Shown here piece after piece: positions 19,452-29,600 of a stretch of 64,000 nt of DNA. Where the stretch lies: assembly GCA_963774265.1 (NCBI GenBank), contig CAVZDU010000003.1:553561-617560 (forward strand), in the 5' to 3' direction. This DNA is from an uncultured Chloroflexia bacterium (GTDB lineage Bacteria; Chloroflexota; Anaerolineae; CG2-30-64-16). Under the pieces are notes generated by a model. The model did no database searches. It saw only the letters and a list, made by a program, of their open reading frames with translations, and was not told where the DNA came from. The position numbers were made by a program, and so were the translations under genes. Every line of letters starts with the position of its first letter. Positions within the stretch are counted from its first letter, which is position 1.

Positions 19452-19523
19452 GTCCCAGTTTTCCCAGATTGCCCTCCCTGCCTTAGAATGACGCCATTCT
19501 GGGCTCAGCGATAGGAGTCGATC

Positions 19524-20519
19524 GTGACCAAGACAGTCTATCCGCTGCTCTTTGAGCCGGTGCTCAAGGATTACATCTGGGGTGGTCGCCACTTCGAGCG
19601 CCTGGGACGCGCATTGCCGCGGAAGGGCGTCGTCGCGGAGAGTTGGGAAATCTCCGCGCACCAGGACGGCACGACGGTGGTGTCCAACGGCTATTTCGCC
19701 GGGCAGCCTTTGACCGCGGTTCATGCTGCGCTCGGGCTGGATCTGATCGGTGCGAACAATGCCTGGGCGCAGGCCCGCGGCAAGTTCCCGCTCCTCGTCA
19801 AGCTGATCGACGCGGCCCAGCCGCTTTCCGTGCAGGTGCATCCGGACGACGAGTATGCGCTGGCGCACGAGGAAAACGAGTTGGGCAAGACAGAGATGTG
19901 GTATGTCCTCCACGCGGAGCCAGGCGCTGAACTGGTGCTCGGCGTGACCGCAGGGACGACGCGGGAGGCATTTCGCAAGTCCCTGCTCGCAGGCCGGCTC
20001 GACCCGCATCTTCACCGCATCTCTGTGCAGGCTGGCGATCATTTCTGCGTGCCGGCCGGCACCCTCCACGCCATCATGAGCGGGCTGATCATGGCCGAAA
20101 TTCAACAGAATTCGAACGCCACCTATCGCGTGTACGACTGGAACCGCCTCGGCGCAGATGGGAAGCCCCGGCCGATGCATGTTGAAAAGGCGCTCGACGT
20201 GATCGACTTCAGCAATATCGAGCCGGGCACGTGTCCACCGGAGCCGATCATAGACGAGGATGGCTGCCGTCGCACGCGCTTGTGCCGCAATCGCTACTTC
20301 ACCGCCGAGCGCGTCGAGCTGGCTCCGGCCGCGACGTATCGTGGAAATTGTGACGGTTCGACGATGGAAATCTGGGGCGTGCTCGATGGGCGTGCGGACG
20401 TCGCAGGCGAGCGACTCGAAGCCGTTCGCTTTGCCCTGCTGCCCGCGGCCCTGGGCGAATTCGCCGTCACCAGCGCGGCGGGCGCGACCTTGCTGCGCAG
20501 CTATACGGATGCCAGTTGA
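19524..20519 (+). CDS. manA: Mannose-6-phosphate isomerase, type I (ManA/GmuF-like)
   Basis: YIWGG, ESWEISAH, FPLLVKLIDA..LSVQVHP, KTEMWY, GTLHA and EIQQNSNATYRVYDW. Confidence 0.9.
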   Translation: MTKTVYPLLFEPVLKDYIWGGRHFERLGRALPRKGVVAESWEISAHQDGTTVVSNGYFAGQPLTAVHAALGLDLIGANNAWAQARGKFPLLVKLIDAAQPLSVQVHPDDEYALAHEENELGKTEMWYVLHAEPGAELVLGVTAGTTREAFRKSLLAGRLDPHLHRISVQAGDHFCVPAGTLHAIMSGLIMAEIQQNSNATYRVYDWNRLGADGKPRPMHVEKALDVIDFSNIEPGTCPPEPIIDEDGCRRTRLCRNRYFTAERVELAPAATYRGNCDGSTMEIWGVLDGRADVAGERLEAVRFALLPAALGEFAVTSAAGATLLRSYTDAS

Positions 20520-20546
20520 GAAATCCGGTTGAAAGAGTCTTCCTCA

Positions 20547-22000
20547 ATGATCACAACCCATCAGACAAACATGGCCAGCGCGCACTATGCGCGCATGGGG
20601 CGGCAGGAGTGCGAGCAGATTCACCTCGCCTCACTGGAGATCCTGGATAGGGTCGGCCTGGACGTCCACGACGATAAGGCCCTACAGGTCCTGGTCAAGG
20701 GCGGCGCGAAGGCCGACGGGCATCCGGGTGCGCATCCCCGAATTCATGGTCAGCCGCGCGCTGTCTGTGACACCCCATCGCATGAACCTCTACAACCGCA
20801 AGGGACAGGTTGCCATGCGTGCCGGGGGCTACAACACGTACTACGGCGGCGGGTCCGACTGCCTGAACATTCTTGACCACCACACGGGCCAGCGGCGCAG
20901 GCCGACCCTCGAGGACGTGCTGCCAGGCAGCCACCCTGATGGACGCGCTGCCCGAGATCGACTTCGTCATGTCGGCCTTCCTGCCCGAGGATGTGGACCA
21001 GCGCATCTACGACCGCTACCAGATGGAAGTCATGCTGAACAACACGACCAAGCCGATCGTGTTCGTCACGCCCGACTTCGAGGGCTGTGTCGCGGCGGTG
21101 GAGATGTGCGAGGCGGTCGCGGGCGGCGCGGAGGCCTTCCAGCGCCGGCCGTTTGCCACCTGCTACATCAACGTCACCTCCGGCATGATCATGAACGCCG
21201 AGGCGCTGCAGAAGTGCATGTACCTGGCGGAGAAGGGGCTGCCCCTGCTGTGGATCCCGCTCAACGCGGGCGGCGTCAACTCGCCGGTCACCACGGCCGG
21301 CTGCATGGCCTCCATGAACGCCGGCATCCTGCTGGGCATCGTCCTGGCTCAGCTGGTCCGCGAAGGGACGCCGGTGGGCGTGCCCGGCTGGAACGGCGGC
21401 CCATACAACCTGCAGACCATGGTCGGCAACTACGTGCTGGCCGACGAGCAGGGCGTGCCCACCAGCATGGGCAAGTACTACGACCTGCCCGTGTTCGGCC
21501 TGGGCGGCTCCACCGACTCCAAGGCGCTGGATCAGCAGGCCGGCTTCGAGGCGACGATCAGCCTGATGACCGCGCTGCTGCACGGCGCGAACATCGTCCA
21601 CGACGTGGCTTTCATGGATGCAGGCATGCAAGGCTCGCTCCAGCAGCTGGTGCTCTGCAACGACTACCTCGGCTTCATCCGTGCGATGACCGCGGGGTGT
21701 CGTGGTCAACGATGAGACGCTGGCCCTCGACGTGATCGACCAGCTCGGCCCGACCGGCAGCTACCTGGAGCACGAGCACACCATCCGCCACTACCGCGAG
21801 CCGTTCTACTCCAAACTGGCTGACAAGAGCCCCTATGCCGTCTGGCAGAAGAAGGGCGCGACCACCATGGAAGCACCGCGCCGCGAAGCAGGTGGACACG
21901 ATCCTGGCAAAGCACAAGCCCGAGCCGCTCCCCGCCGACGTCCAAGCGTGCCATCCGGGCGATCGTCGAGCGCGAGCAGGCATGGATCAATGAGCAGTAG
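20547..22000 (+). CDS. MttB-superfamily methyltransferase #3 (no pyrrolysine; several frameshifts)
   Basis: IHLASLEIL, GGGSDC, GVNSPVTTAG, STDSKALDQQAGFE, NIVHD and LGPTGSYL. Confidence 0.88.
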
Positions 22001-22011
22001 AGGAACTTTCA

Positions 22012-23260
22012 ATGCAACAGGATGACGTGTTTTTCATGCGCCAGCCGTGGGTGTTTGACTCCGGCCTCGGAAGCCGCGCCCCGGCCAGAGGATGAGATGG
22101 GTTTCGCCACGCAGGCACTTCACGCCGGTTTCCGCCCGCTGACCGGGATGGGTCGATTCAACACCTTCAGCCTGCCCATCGTGCCGTCGATGACCTATCC
22201 TTACGAGCAGTTCGACAAGATCCCGTACCCGGTCTATGGCCGCACCAAGACGCCGACGACCTCGGTGCTGGAGGAGCGGCTGGCGGTGCTCGAGGGCGGC
22301 GAAGCGTGCGTGACCGCGGGTTCCGGCTCGCAGGCGCTGTTCAACCTGCTCTTCACCATCGCGCGGCCCGGCGACAACATCGTCACCTCGCTGATGACCT
22401 TCGGCGAGGGATACAAGCAGGCGGCCACGATCTTCCCCGAGCGCTGCGGTGTGCAGTTCCGCTTCGTTCAGAATCCTGAAGATCCGCAAGTGCTGGGATG
22501 CAGCGATCGACGAGCGGACCAAGCTGGTGTGGGTCGAAACGCCGAGCAACCCGACGCTCTTCGTCACCGACATTCAGCGCGGTGGCGGATGTGGCACACG
22601 GCAGGGGTCTTCCCCTTCTGGTCGACAACACCACGGCCACCGCCGCGCTGCAGAAGCCGATGGCGCTGGGCGCCGACATCATCCTGCTCTCCGTCACCAA
22701 GTTCCTCGCCGGCAACGCGACCGTGCTCGGCGGCGCCATCGTCGGACCGGAGGCACTGACCGAGGATATCCGCTGGAACACCACCGAGTTCATCGGCTGC
22801 ACCATGCAGCCGTTCGACTCGTGGCTGACGGTCCAGTATCTCGAGACGCTGCCGTTGCGAATGGCCAAGCACAGCGCCAACGCGCAGGCCCTGGCCGAGT
22901 ATCTGGCAAAGCCATCCGAAGGTGACGCGTGTCAACTACACCGGGCTGCCTGACCATCCGCAGCACGCACTCGCGCAGCGGCAGATGCGGGCGGGCGGCG
23001 GCATGCTCTCCTTCGTCGTGCGGGGCGGCATCCCGGTCGTGCGCACCGTGATGGATAGCTTCAAGCTGATCATCCATGCCGTCACCTTCGGCACCAGCCG
23101 GACGATCGTCATGCACCCGCGCACTATCACGCACGAGCACATGACGCAGGAGGAGCGCGACCGCGCGGGCATCGACGATGGCCTGATCCGCCTGTCGGTC
23201 GGGCTGGAGGACGTCGAGGACCTGATCGCCGACCTGGACCAGGCGCTGGCGAGTAATTGA
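22012..23260 (+). CDS. PLP-dependent Cys/Met metabolism enzyme (cystathionine gamma-synthase/methionine gamma-lyase family; frameshifted)
   Basis: FATQALHAG, YGR..TPT..LEERLAVLEG, ETPSNP, VDNT, SVTKFLAG (PLP lysine) and IRLSVGLED. Confidence 0.9.
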
Positions 23261-23295
23261 TCTGTTCCGTCATCCGTTGCGGTGGAGCACGCGTT

Positions 23296-24090
23296 ATGCA
23301 GAACCAATCACACGACCCCAACATACACACCATCCGCGCCCGGCCCGACCGGCGCTGCTACGGCATGGGGCTGGGCATCATCATCCTCGATGACGTCTAC
23401 CCGGCTTCCCCGGCGACGTCCGCAACGCCAGCGCGTATCCCTTCCCGATCCAGTACGATGTGGCCGAGGGCGTGGACATCCACGCCTCGTCGAGGAGGAG
23501 GACAAGTCGCCCTGCCTGGAGCCGATCCTCGCCTCTGCGCGGCGGCTGGAGCGCATGGGCTGCCGGGCGATCGCGGCCGAGTGCGGTTACTTCGCCTACT
23601 TCCAGCGCGAGGTCGCTGCGGCCGTCCGTGTGCCGGTCGTTCATGTCCAGTCCTGCTCCAGGTCCCGTTTGCCCAGCAGCTCATCGGCCCGAACCGGGTC
23701 GTCGGCATCCTGATGGCCAACGCCAACTACCTGACCGAGCACCACCTGACTGCTGGCAGGCGTGCGGCTCGGCTCGAACTACGTGGTCGGGGATGCTATG
23801 TCGGGTCTGCTGTGCGAGGAGTTCGACCACCTGTGGACCGGCGGCCTGCGCAGCTGATCCGCCGAGCGCGAACTATGAAAAGGCCGAGCGGGAGTTCGTG
23901 AGCGTGGCCTCGGCCTTCGTGCGGCAGTATCCAAACATGGGCGCCCTGGTGCTAGAATGCACCGGCTTCCCGCCCTTCGCCCGCGCGCTTGCAAGCGCGA
24001 GATCGACATCGCCGGTCTTCTCCTGGGGCACGCTGCTCGACTTACGCCTATTCCGTGGCCGTCCACCGCGACTATTACGGCCACGTGTAA
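23296..24090 (+). CDS. Aspartate/glutamate racemase-family protein (frameshifted)
   Basis: LGIIILD..PGDVRNASAYPFPI, AIAAECGYFAYFQ and LVLECTGFPPFA (two Cys motifs). Confidence 0.8.
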
Positions 24091-24130
24091 CTGATCAATT
24101 CGTTCATTCAATCTGGAATCGGAGAACACT

Positions 24131-25301
24131 ATGACCTTCGCCGACCGTGTCACCCATCTCGCGCCCGAAGGCGCCTATCTCATGCTCGCCCGCGCCCAGG
24201 CGCTCGAAGCGAGGGCCGCCACATCATCCACCTCGAAGATCGGCCAGCCGGACGTGCCGACCTTCGAGAACATCAGCACGGCGGGCATCAAGGCGATCGA
24301 GGACGGCTTCACCCGTTACACGGCCCCCGCCGGCATGCCGGCCCTGCGGAAGGCGATCGCCGAGGACGCAGGGCGGCGCCGCGGCATGAGCTTCAGTCCC
24401 AGCCAGGTGGTCGTCGGCCCCGGCGCGAAGCCGGCCCTCTTCTTCCCGACCCTGGCACTGGTGCGCCCCGGCGACGAGGTGATCTACCCCGATCCGGGCT
24501 TCCCCACCTACGCGGCCATGATCGGCGTGGCTGGCGGCAAGGCCCGTGCCCGTGCCGCTGTTCGAGGAACAGGACTTCTCGTTCGACCTCGCCGCGTTCG
24601 ACCGGCTGGTGTCCGACCGCACGCGGCTGATCATCCTCAACTCGCCCAGCAACCCGACCGGCGGCGTCATGCCGCTCGCCGCGCTGGAGCACATCGCCAG
24701 CCGTCGCGATCGAGCGCGACATCTGGGTGCTCTCGGACGAGATCTACATGCGCCTCGCGTTCGACGGTCTGCGAGGTTCCGACCATCGCGGCGCTGCCCG
24801 GGCATGGCCGAGCGCACGATCATCTGCGACGGCTTCTCCAAGACCTACGCGATGACCGGCTGGCGGCTGGGCTACGGCATCATGCCTGAGGCGCTGGCCG
24901 AGCGCGTCGAGCTGCTTGCTGACCCATTCGGTCGGCTGCACCGCGAGCTTCACGCAGGTGGCCGGCATCGAGGCGCTGACAGGGCCGCAGGACCAGGTCG
25001 ATGCAGTGGTGGCCGAGTACCAGCGGCGCCGCGACGTGCTCGTGGCCGGGCTGAACAGGATTCCCGGGTGGCGCTGCCGGTCGCCGCAGGGCGCGTTCTA
25101 CGTGTTCCCCAACATCTCGGCTACGGCAAGACATCGTCCTGGTGGGCAGACTTCCTGCTGGAGCAGGCGGGCGTGGCGGTCCTGCCCGGCACCTCGTTCG
25201 GTGCGCACGGCGAGGGGTATCTGCGGCTGTGTTTTGCCAACTCGATGGAGAATCTCCGCGAGGCGATCGACCGGATCGCCGACGCAGTCGGGAGGGCTTA
25301 G
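24131..25301 (+). CDS. Class I/II PLP aminotransferase (AspC-like; frameshifted)
   Basis: IGQPD, GAKPALF, LNSPSNPTG, SDEIY, GFSKTYAMTGWRLGY and QGAFYVFP. Confidence 0.92.
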
Positions 25302-25304
25302 CCG

Positions 25305-26759
25305 GTGATCACCGCCAATTTTGCCGATCGCGGCACGCCACGTCTTCGCGTGCTCTCGGACGAACAGTGCCGCGAACTAACCCTGGCATCGCTGGAATGC
25401 CTCGAGCGCATCGGCGTCAACGTGGCAAACGCGGAGGCACGCGGTCTGCTGGCTGCGGCCGGCGCGTCGGTTGAAGGGCGCCGCGGTCCGCATCCCCGCG
25501 CGATCTCGTTCGCGATGCTATTGCGGCCACGCCGCCAACCTTCACCGTCTGGGGCCGCACCGGCGACAACCCGATGGACGTGGCGGGCGATCGCGTTCAT
25601 TTCGGCCCCGGCCTCACCAGCACTTACTTCATCGACCCGGAGAGTGGCGAGCGCCGCGCTTCCCGCCGTGGCGACCCGGCCATGACCGCACGTGTGGCCG
25701 ACGCGCTGCCCAACATCGACTACGTGATGGGCCTCGGCCTGATCGGTGACGGTCGCGCAGACCTGGCGTCGGTCTACGAGTTCGCCGAGATGCTTGCGAA
25801 CACCGGCAAGCCCATCATTGCCTGGGCGCACCAGCCGAGCAACGTCGCGGCCATGCACCGCATGGCTGCAGCGGTCGTGGGCGGCGAGGATGCACTCGCC
25901 CGGCGCCCGATCTTCGCGCTCTTCTCGACCTACCCCTCGCCGCTGCGCCATACGGACGAGGACCTGGCGAACGCCCTGTGGGCCGCGCGGCATCGCATCC
26001 CGGTGGTTTACCTGGGCGGACCGATCGTGGGTATCGAGTCGCCGTTCAGCAGCGCCAGTGCGCTGGTGATCCACCAGGCCGCAGCGCTGAGCGGGTTGAC
26101 GATCATCCAGCTTGCGCATCGCGGGGCGGCTGCGGCCATCGGCGGGCTGCCTTCGCCGATGGACCTCCACACCGCGCGGCCTTCTTACGGTTCACCCGAG
26201 GCCAGTCTGCTCAGCGGCGGCCGCGGCCGATCTGGCCCGCTACCTCGGGCTGCCCTTCATGGGCACCGCGGGCGCCTCGGAGAGCAAGCTGCTCGACGCG
26301 CAGGCGGGGCTGGAAGCCGCGCTCCAGGTCCTCATGTCCGCGCTCAGCGGCGCGTCGCTCGTCCACGACGCCGGTTTTCTCGACTGTGCGGACATCGGCT
26401 CATTGTCGATGCTCGTCCTGGTCGACGAGATCATCGGAATGGTCAAGCGCATCATCCGCGGGGTCGAGGTCAACCGCGAGACTATCATGTTGGACCTGAT
26501 CGAGAAGATTGGGCCGGGTGGCCACTTCCTGGAGGAGTCGGCATCGGCAGTCCTCTCCCGCCGCGAAGTGTGGATGCCAACCGTGCTCGATCGCAACCAA
26601 TACGCCATCTGGGAGCAGGCCGGGAGCCGCGACACCAGCCAGCGGGTCAACGACAAGGTGCGCAAGATCCTGACGAAGCATCAACCGGCCGCGTTATCAG
26701 CCGAAGCGGAGCAAGCCATTCAGACGATCCTGGCCGACGAAGAAGCCCGGCCGGCGTAG
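25305..26759 (+). CDS. MttB-superfamily methyltransferase #4 (no pyrrolysine; frameshifted)
   Basis: LRVLSDEQ, YPSPL, SYGSPE, GASESKLLDAQAGLE, LVHDAGF and IGPGGHFL. Confidence 0.88.
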
Positions 26760-26783
26760 TCGTATCAAAACTGGAGATGACAC

Positions 26784-27096
26784 ATGGAAACCGTTCTCTC
26801 ATCCAGAACCGTGACTGTTGTGATCAGCCCTGAGGCGCCGTTTGTGATTATCGGCGAGCGAATCAACCCTACTGGCCGCAAGAAGCTGGCCGCAGAACTG
26901 GCTTCGGGCGATTTCTCGCGCGTCCGCTCCGATGCCCTGGCACAGATCGAGGCCAGCGCTGCGCACCGCGATCCTCGCCGCGATCCTCGCCGCGGACCTG
27001 TTTCTATGGCACGATGAATACGGGCGGATGTGGATCAAGGGGTGGCGGAAGCGCGAGAAGGCGAAGGCTGCCGCAGCAGCCGCGGGCGCAGTCTAA
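26784..27096 (+). pseudogene. Pterin-binding methylcorrinoid:tetrahydrofolate methyltransferase (MT2; MetH/AcsE pterin-domain family) with central deletion
   Basis: N-terminus FVIIGERINPTGRKKLA..DALAQIEA is joined out of frame to a C-terminus-like PALRTAILAAILAADLFLWHDEYGRMWIKGWR..*. The middle of the domain is missing. Confidence 0.8.
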
Positions 27097-27129
27097 AAAC
27101 TTGTCTGATCTTCGAGGTAGGAGGGGTAA

Positions 27130-28099
27130 ATGAAAGTCGTCGTTATCCACGAGACCGGTGGGCCGGAGGTGCTTAAGCTGGAGGAGCGGCCGACGCCGCA
27201 GCCTGGTCCGGGACAGGCTCTCCTTAAGATGGCCGCAATCGGCGTCAACTTCGTAGAGATCTACCAACGCTCGGGCGTGTATCAGGTGGACCTCCCATTC
27301 GTCTTGGGCGGCGAGGGCGCAGGCACGGTGGAGACCGTGGGGCCCGGCGTTACCGAGGTGAAGCCGGGCGATCGGGTGGCCTGGCTGGGCGGCTCGGGAA
27401 CCTACGCCACGGAGGCGCTGGCGCCGGCGGACAAGCTGGTGCCGCTCCCGGATGGCATCAGTTTTGAGTTGGGCGCCGCAGCGATGGTCCAGGGCCTGAC
27501 CGCGTATGCGCTCTCCCATGAGACCTATCGCTTGCAGCCGGGAGATCGCTGCCTGGTCCATGCCGCTGCCGGTGGCGTTGGGCTGCTGTTGTGCCAGATG
27601 GCCAAGATGGCGGGCGCCTACGTCATCGGCACAACATCCACCGAGGAAAAGGCGCAGCGGGCCCGGGAGGCCGGGGCGAACGAGGTGATCCTATACACGC
27701 AGCAGGATTTCGAGGCCGAGGTCAAGCGCATCACGGGCGGGCAGGGCGTGCAGGTGGTGTACGACTCGGTCGGCAAGGACACCTTCGACAAGAGCCTGGC
27801 CTGCCTGGCCCCGCGCGGGCTGCCTCGCGTCGTTTGGCCAGTCGAGCGGCGTGGTGCCGCCTTTCGACATCCTCCGCTTGGGCGGGCCGAAGAGCGCCTA
27901 CCTCACCCGGCCCACGATCTTCACGTACGTCCGGCGCCGGGAGGATTTGCTGCGATACGCCGGTGTCGTGCTGGATTGGATCCAGGCCGGCCGGCTGCAC
28001 CTGCGCATCGACCGCACCTACCCGCTTGCCGAGGCTGGGGCGGCCCACCAGGCGCTGGCCAGCCGGGGCACAAGCGGCAAGGTGCTCCTGGCGCCCTGA
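27130..28099 (+). CDS. qor: NADPH:quinone oxidoreductase (zeta-crystallin/MDR family; frameshift near 27820)
   Basis: GGPEVL, IGVNF, LVHAAAGGVG, VVYDSVGKDTF, YLTRP and TSGKVLL. Confidence 0.9.
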
Positions 28100-28230
28100 G
28101 AGCTGGCGGTAACGGCAGAGATTGTCCGGAAAGACCTCGAACCAGGTATCTGTGACAATCGGGGCGCCTGTGCTATACTATGCAAAGCCCCGGCAGTGAT
28201 GCCGGGAGTTTTCTTTGCTCGGAACCTTTC

Positions 28231-29499
28231 ATGTCACCTACAGCCGTGGCCGTCGTGCGCTCGGTGCGCAACTATGGCGCTCGACTCCGCATGTTTCGTC
28301 CCAACGCCCGCCTCTACCTCGCCAACGTGGTCATCGCGGGCGTGGCAATGGGCGTATTCCGGCTCATCTTTAATTTTTTCATTCTGTCTCGCGGCTTCGA
28401 TGAAGCCTTGCTCGGCGGACTCGTCACGATCAATAGCCTCACCTCGCTGATCGTCGCGCTGCCCATCGGCTATGCTGCGGATGCGCTCGGCCGCAAGCGT
28501 TCGCTCCTCATCTCGGGCGCACTCACCAGCCTGTCGGTCGTGCTGATGGTCCTCGTGCCATCCACTACGATGCTCTATACCGCTAATATCCTCTTCGGCA
28601 TCAGCCAGTCGCTGGCCGCGGTGACCATGAGCCCGTTCCTCATGGAAAACAGCGGCGAGGCGGAGCGCACCTACCTGTTCAGCTTCAGCTCGGGGTTGCA
28701 GATGGCATCCCAGTCGGTGGGGAATTGGATTGGCGGCGTGATGCCGGGCTGGGTGGGCCGGGCGCAGGGAGTCGACCCGATGAGCAGTCAGGCCTATGGC
28801 GCCTCACTGTTAATCATCGCGGGTGTTGCTGGCGTGTCGTTGCTGCCGCTGGTCTTGATGCGAATGCCACAACTGTCGCAGACGCAGCGCACCGTCTTCG
28901 CACCGATCACTTACGCGCAACGGCACCCGGCGCTTCTCGGCAAGCTGGTCCTGCCGATGCTGGTCACTTCCATCGGCGCCGGCCTGATCATGCCGTTCAT
29001 GAACGTCTTCTTCCGGCAGCAGTACGGCCAGCCTGACCCGGCGATCGGCGCGCTGTTTGCGTGGGGGTCCCTGGCAATGGGGGTAGGCCTGATCGTCGCG
29101 CCGCCGCTGGCCGAGCGGATGGGCAAGATCCAGCTCGTTGTAATCACCCAGGCGCTGTCAATCCCGTTCCTGATTTTGCTTGGGTTCGCGCCGTGGTTCT
29201 GGCTGAGCGTGATCGCATACCTGGTGCGCGTCGCACTCATGAACATGAGCAGCCCGATCTACCAGACCTTTGTGATGGAACGCGTGGATCCCTCTGCCCG
29301 GGCTACGGTGGCGAGCCTGGTGAGCATGTCGTGGAACTTCGGTTGGGCATTCTCCCCGATCGTCAGTGGATGGCTGCAAGTGCGCTACGGTTTCGGCCCA
29401 CCGTTCGTGTTGACGATCGTGCTCTACACGGTGTCGGTGGCCCTGTACCGGGCGTTTTTCTGGCGGAAACCGAGCGTGGACCAGGAAGGTGCGGAATAA
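28231..29499 (+). CDS. MFS transporter
   Basis: About 12 TM helices, motif A GYAADALGRKR, and its repeat PLAERMGK. Confidence 0.92.
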   Translation: MSPTAVAVVRSVRNYGARLRMFRPNARLYLANVVIAGVAMGVFRLIFNFFILSRGFDEALLGGLVTINSLTSLIVALPIGYAADALGRKRSLLISGALTSLSVVLMVLVPSTTMLYTANILFGISQSLAAVTMSPFLMENSGEAERTYLFSFSSGLQMASQSVGNWIGGVMPGWVGRAQGVDPMSSQAYGASLLIIAGVAGVSLLPLVLMRMPQLSQTQRTVFAPITYAQRHPALLGKLVLPMLVTSIGAGLIMPFMNVFFRQQYGQPDPAIGALFAWGSLAMGVGLIVAPPLAERMGKIQLVVITQALSIPFLILLGFAPWFWLSVIAYLVRVALMNMSSPIYQTFVMERVDPSARATVASLVSMSWNFGWAFSPIVSGWLQVRYGFGPPFVLTIVLYTVSVALYRAFFWRKPSVDQEGAE

Positions 29500-29600
29500 C
29501 GAAGAGGCGCGAAGCACGGAAAAAGACTCCACGCTCCGCGCTCCGCGCCTCTGCGCCCCTCTACGACTTCCTGGTCACTGCCCTCGGACCAACCGGTCGT

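Noticed and set aside
20547-26759. Calling the frameshifted genes true pseudogenes or programmed frameshifts
   Set aside because: Indels are scattered, catalytic motifs are intact, no nonsense codons were seen and there are no consistent slippery sites. Sequencing error is the simpler explanation.
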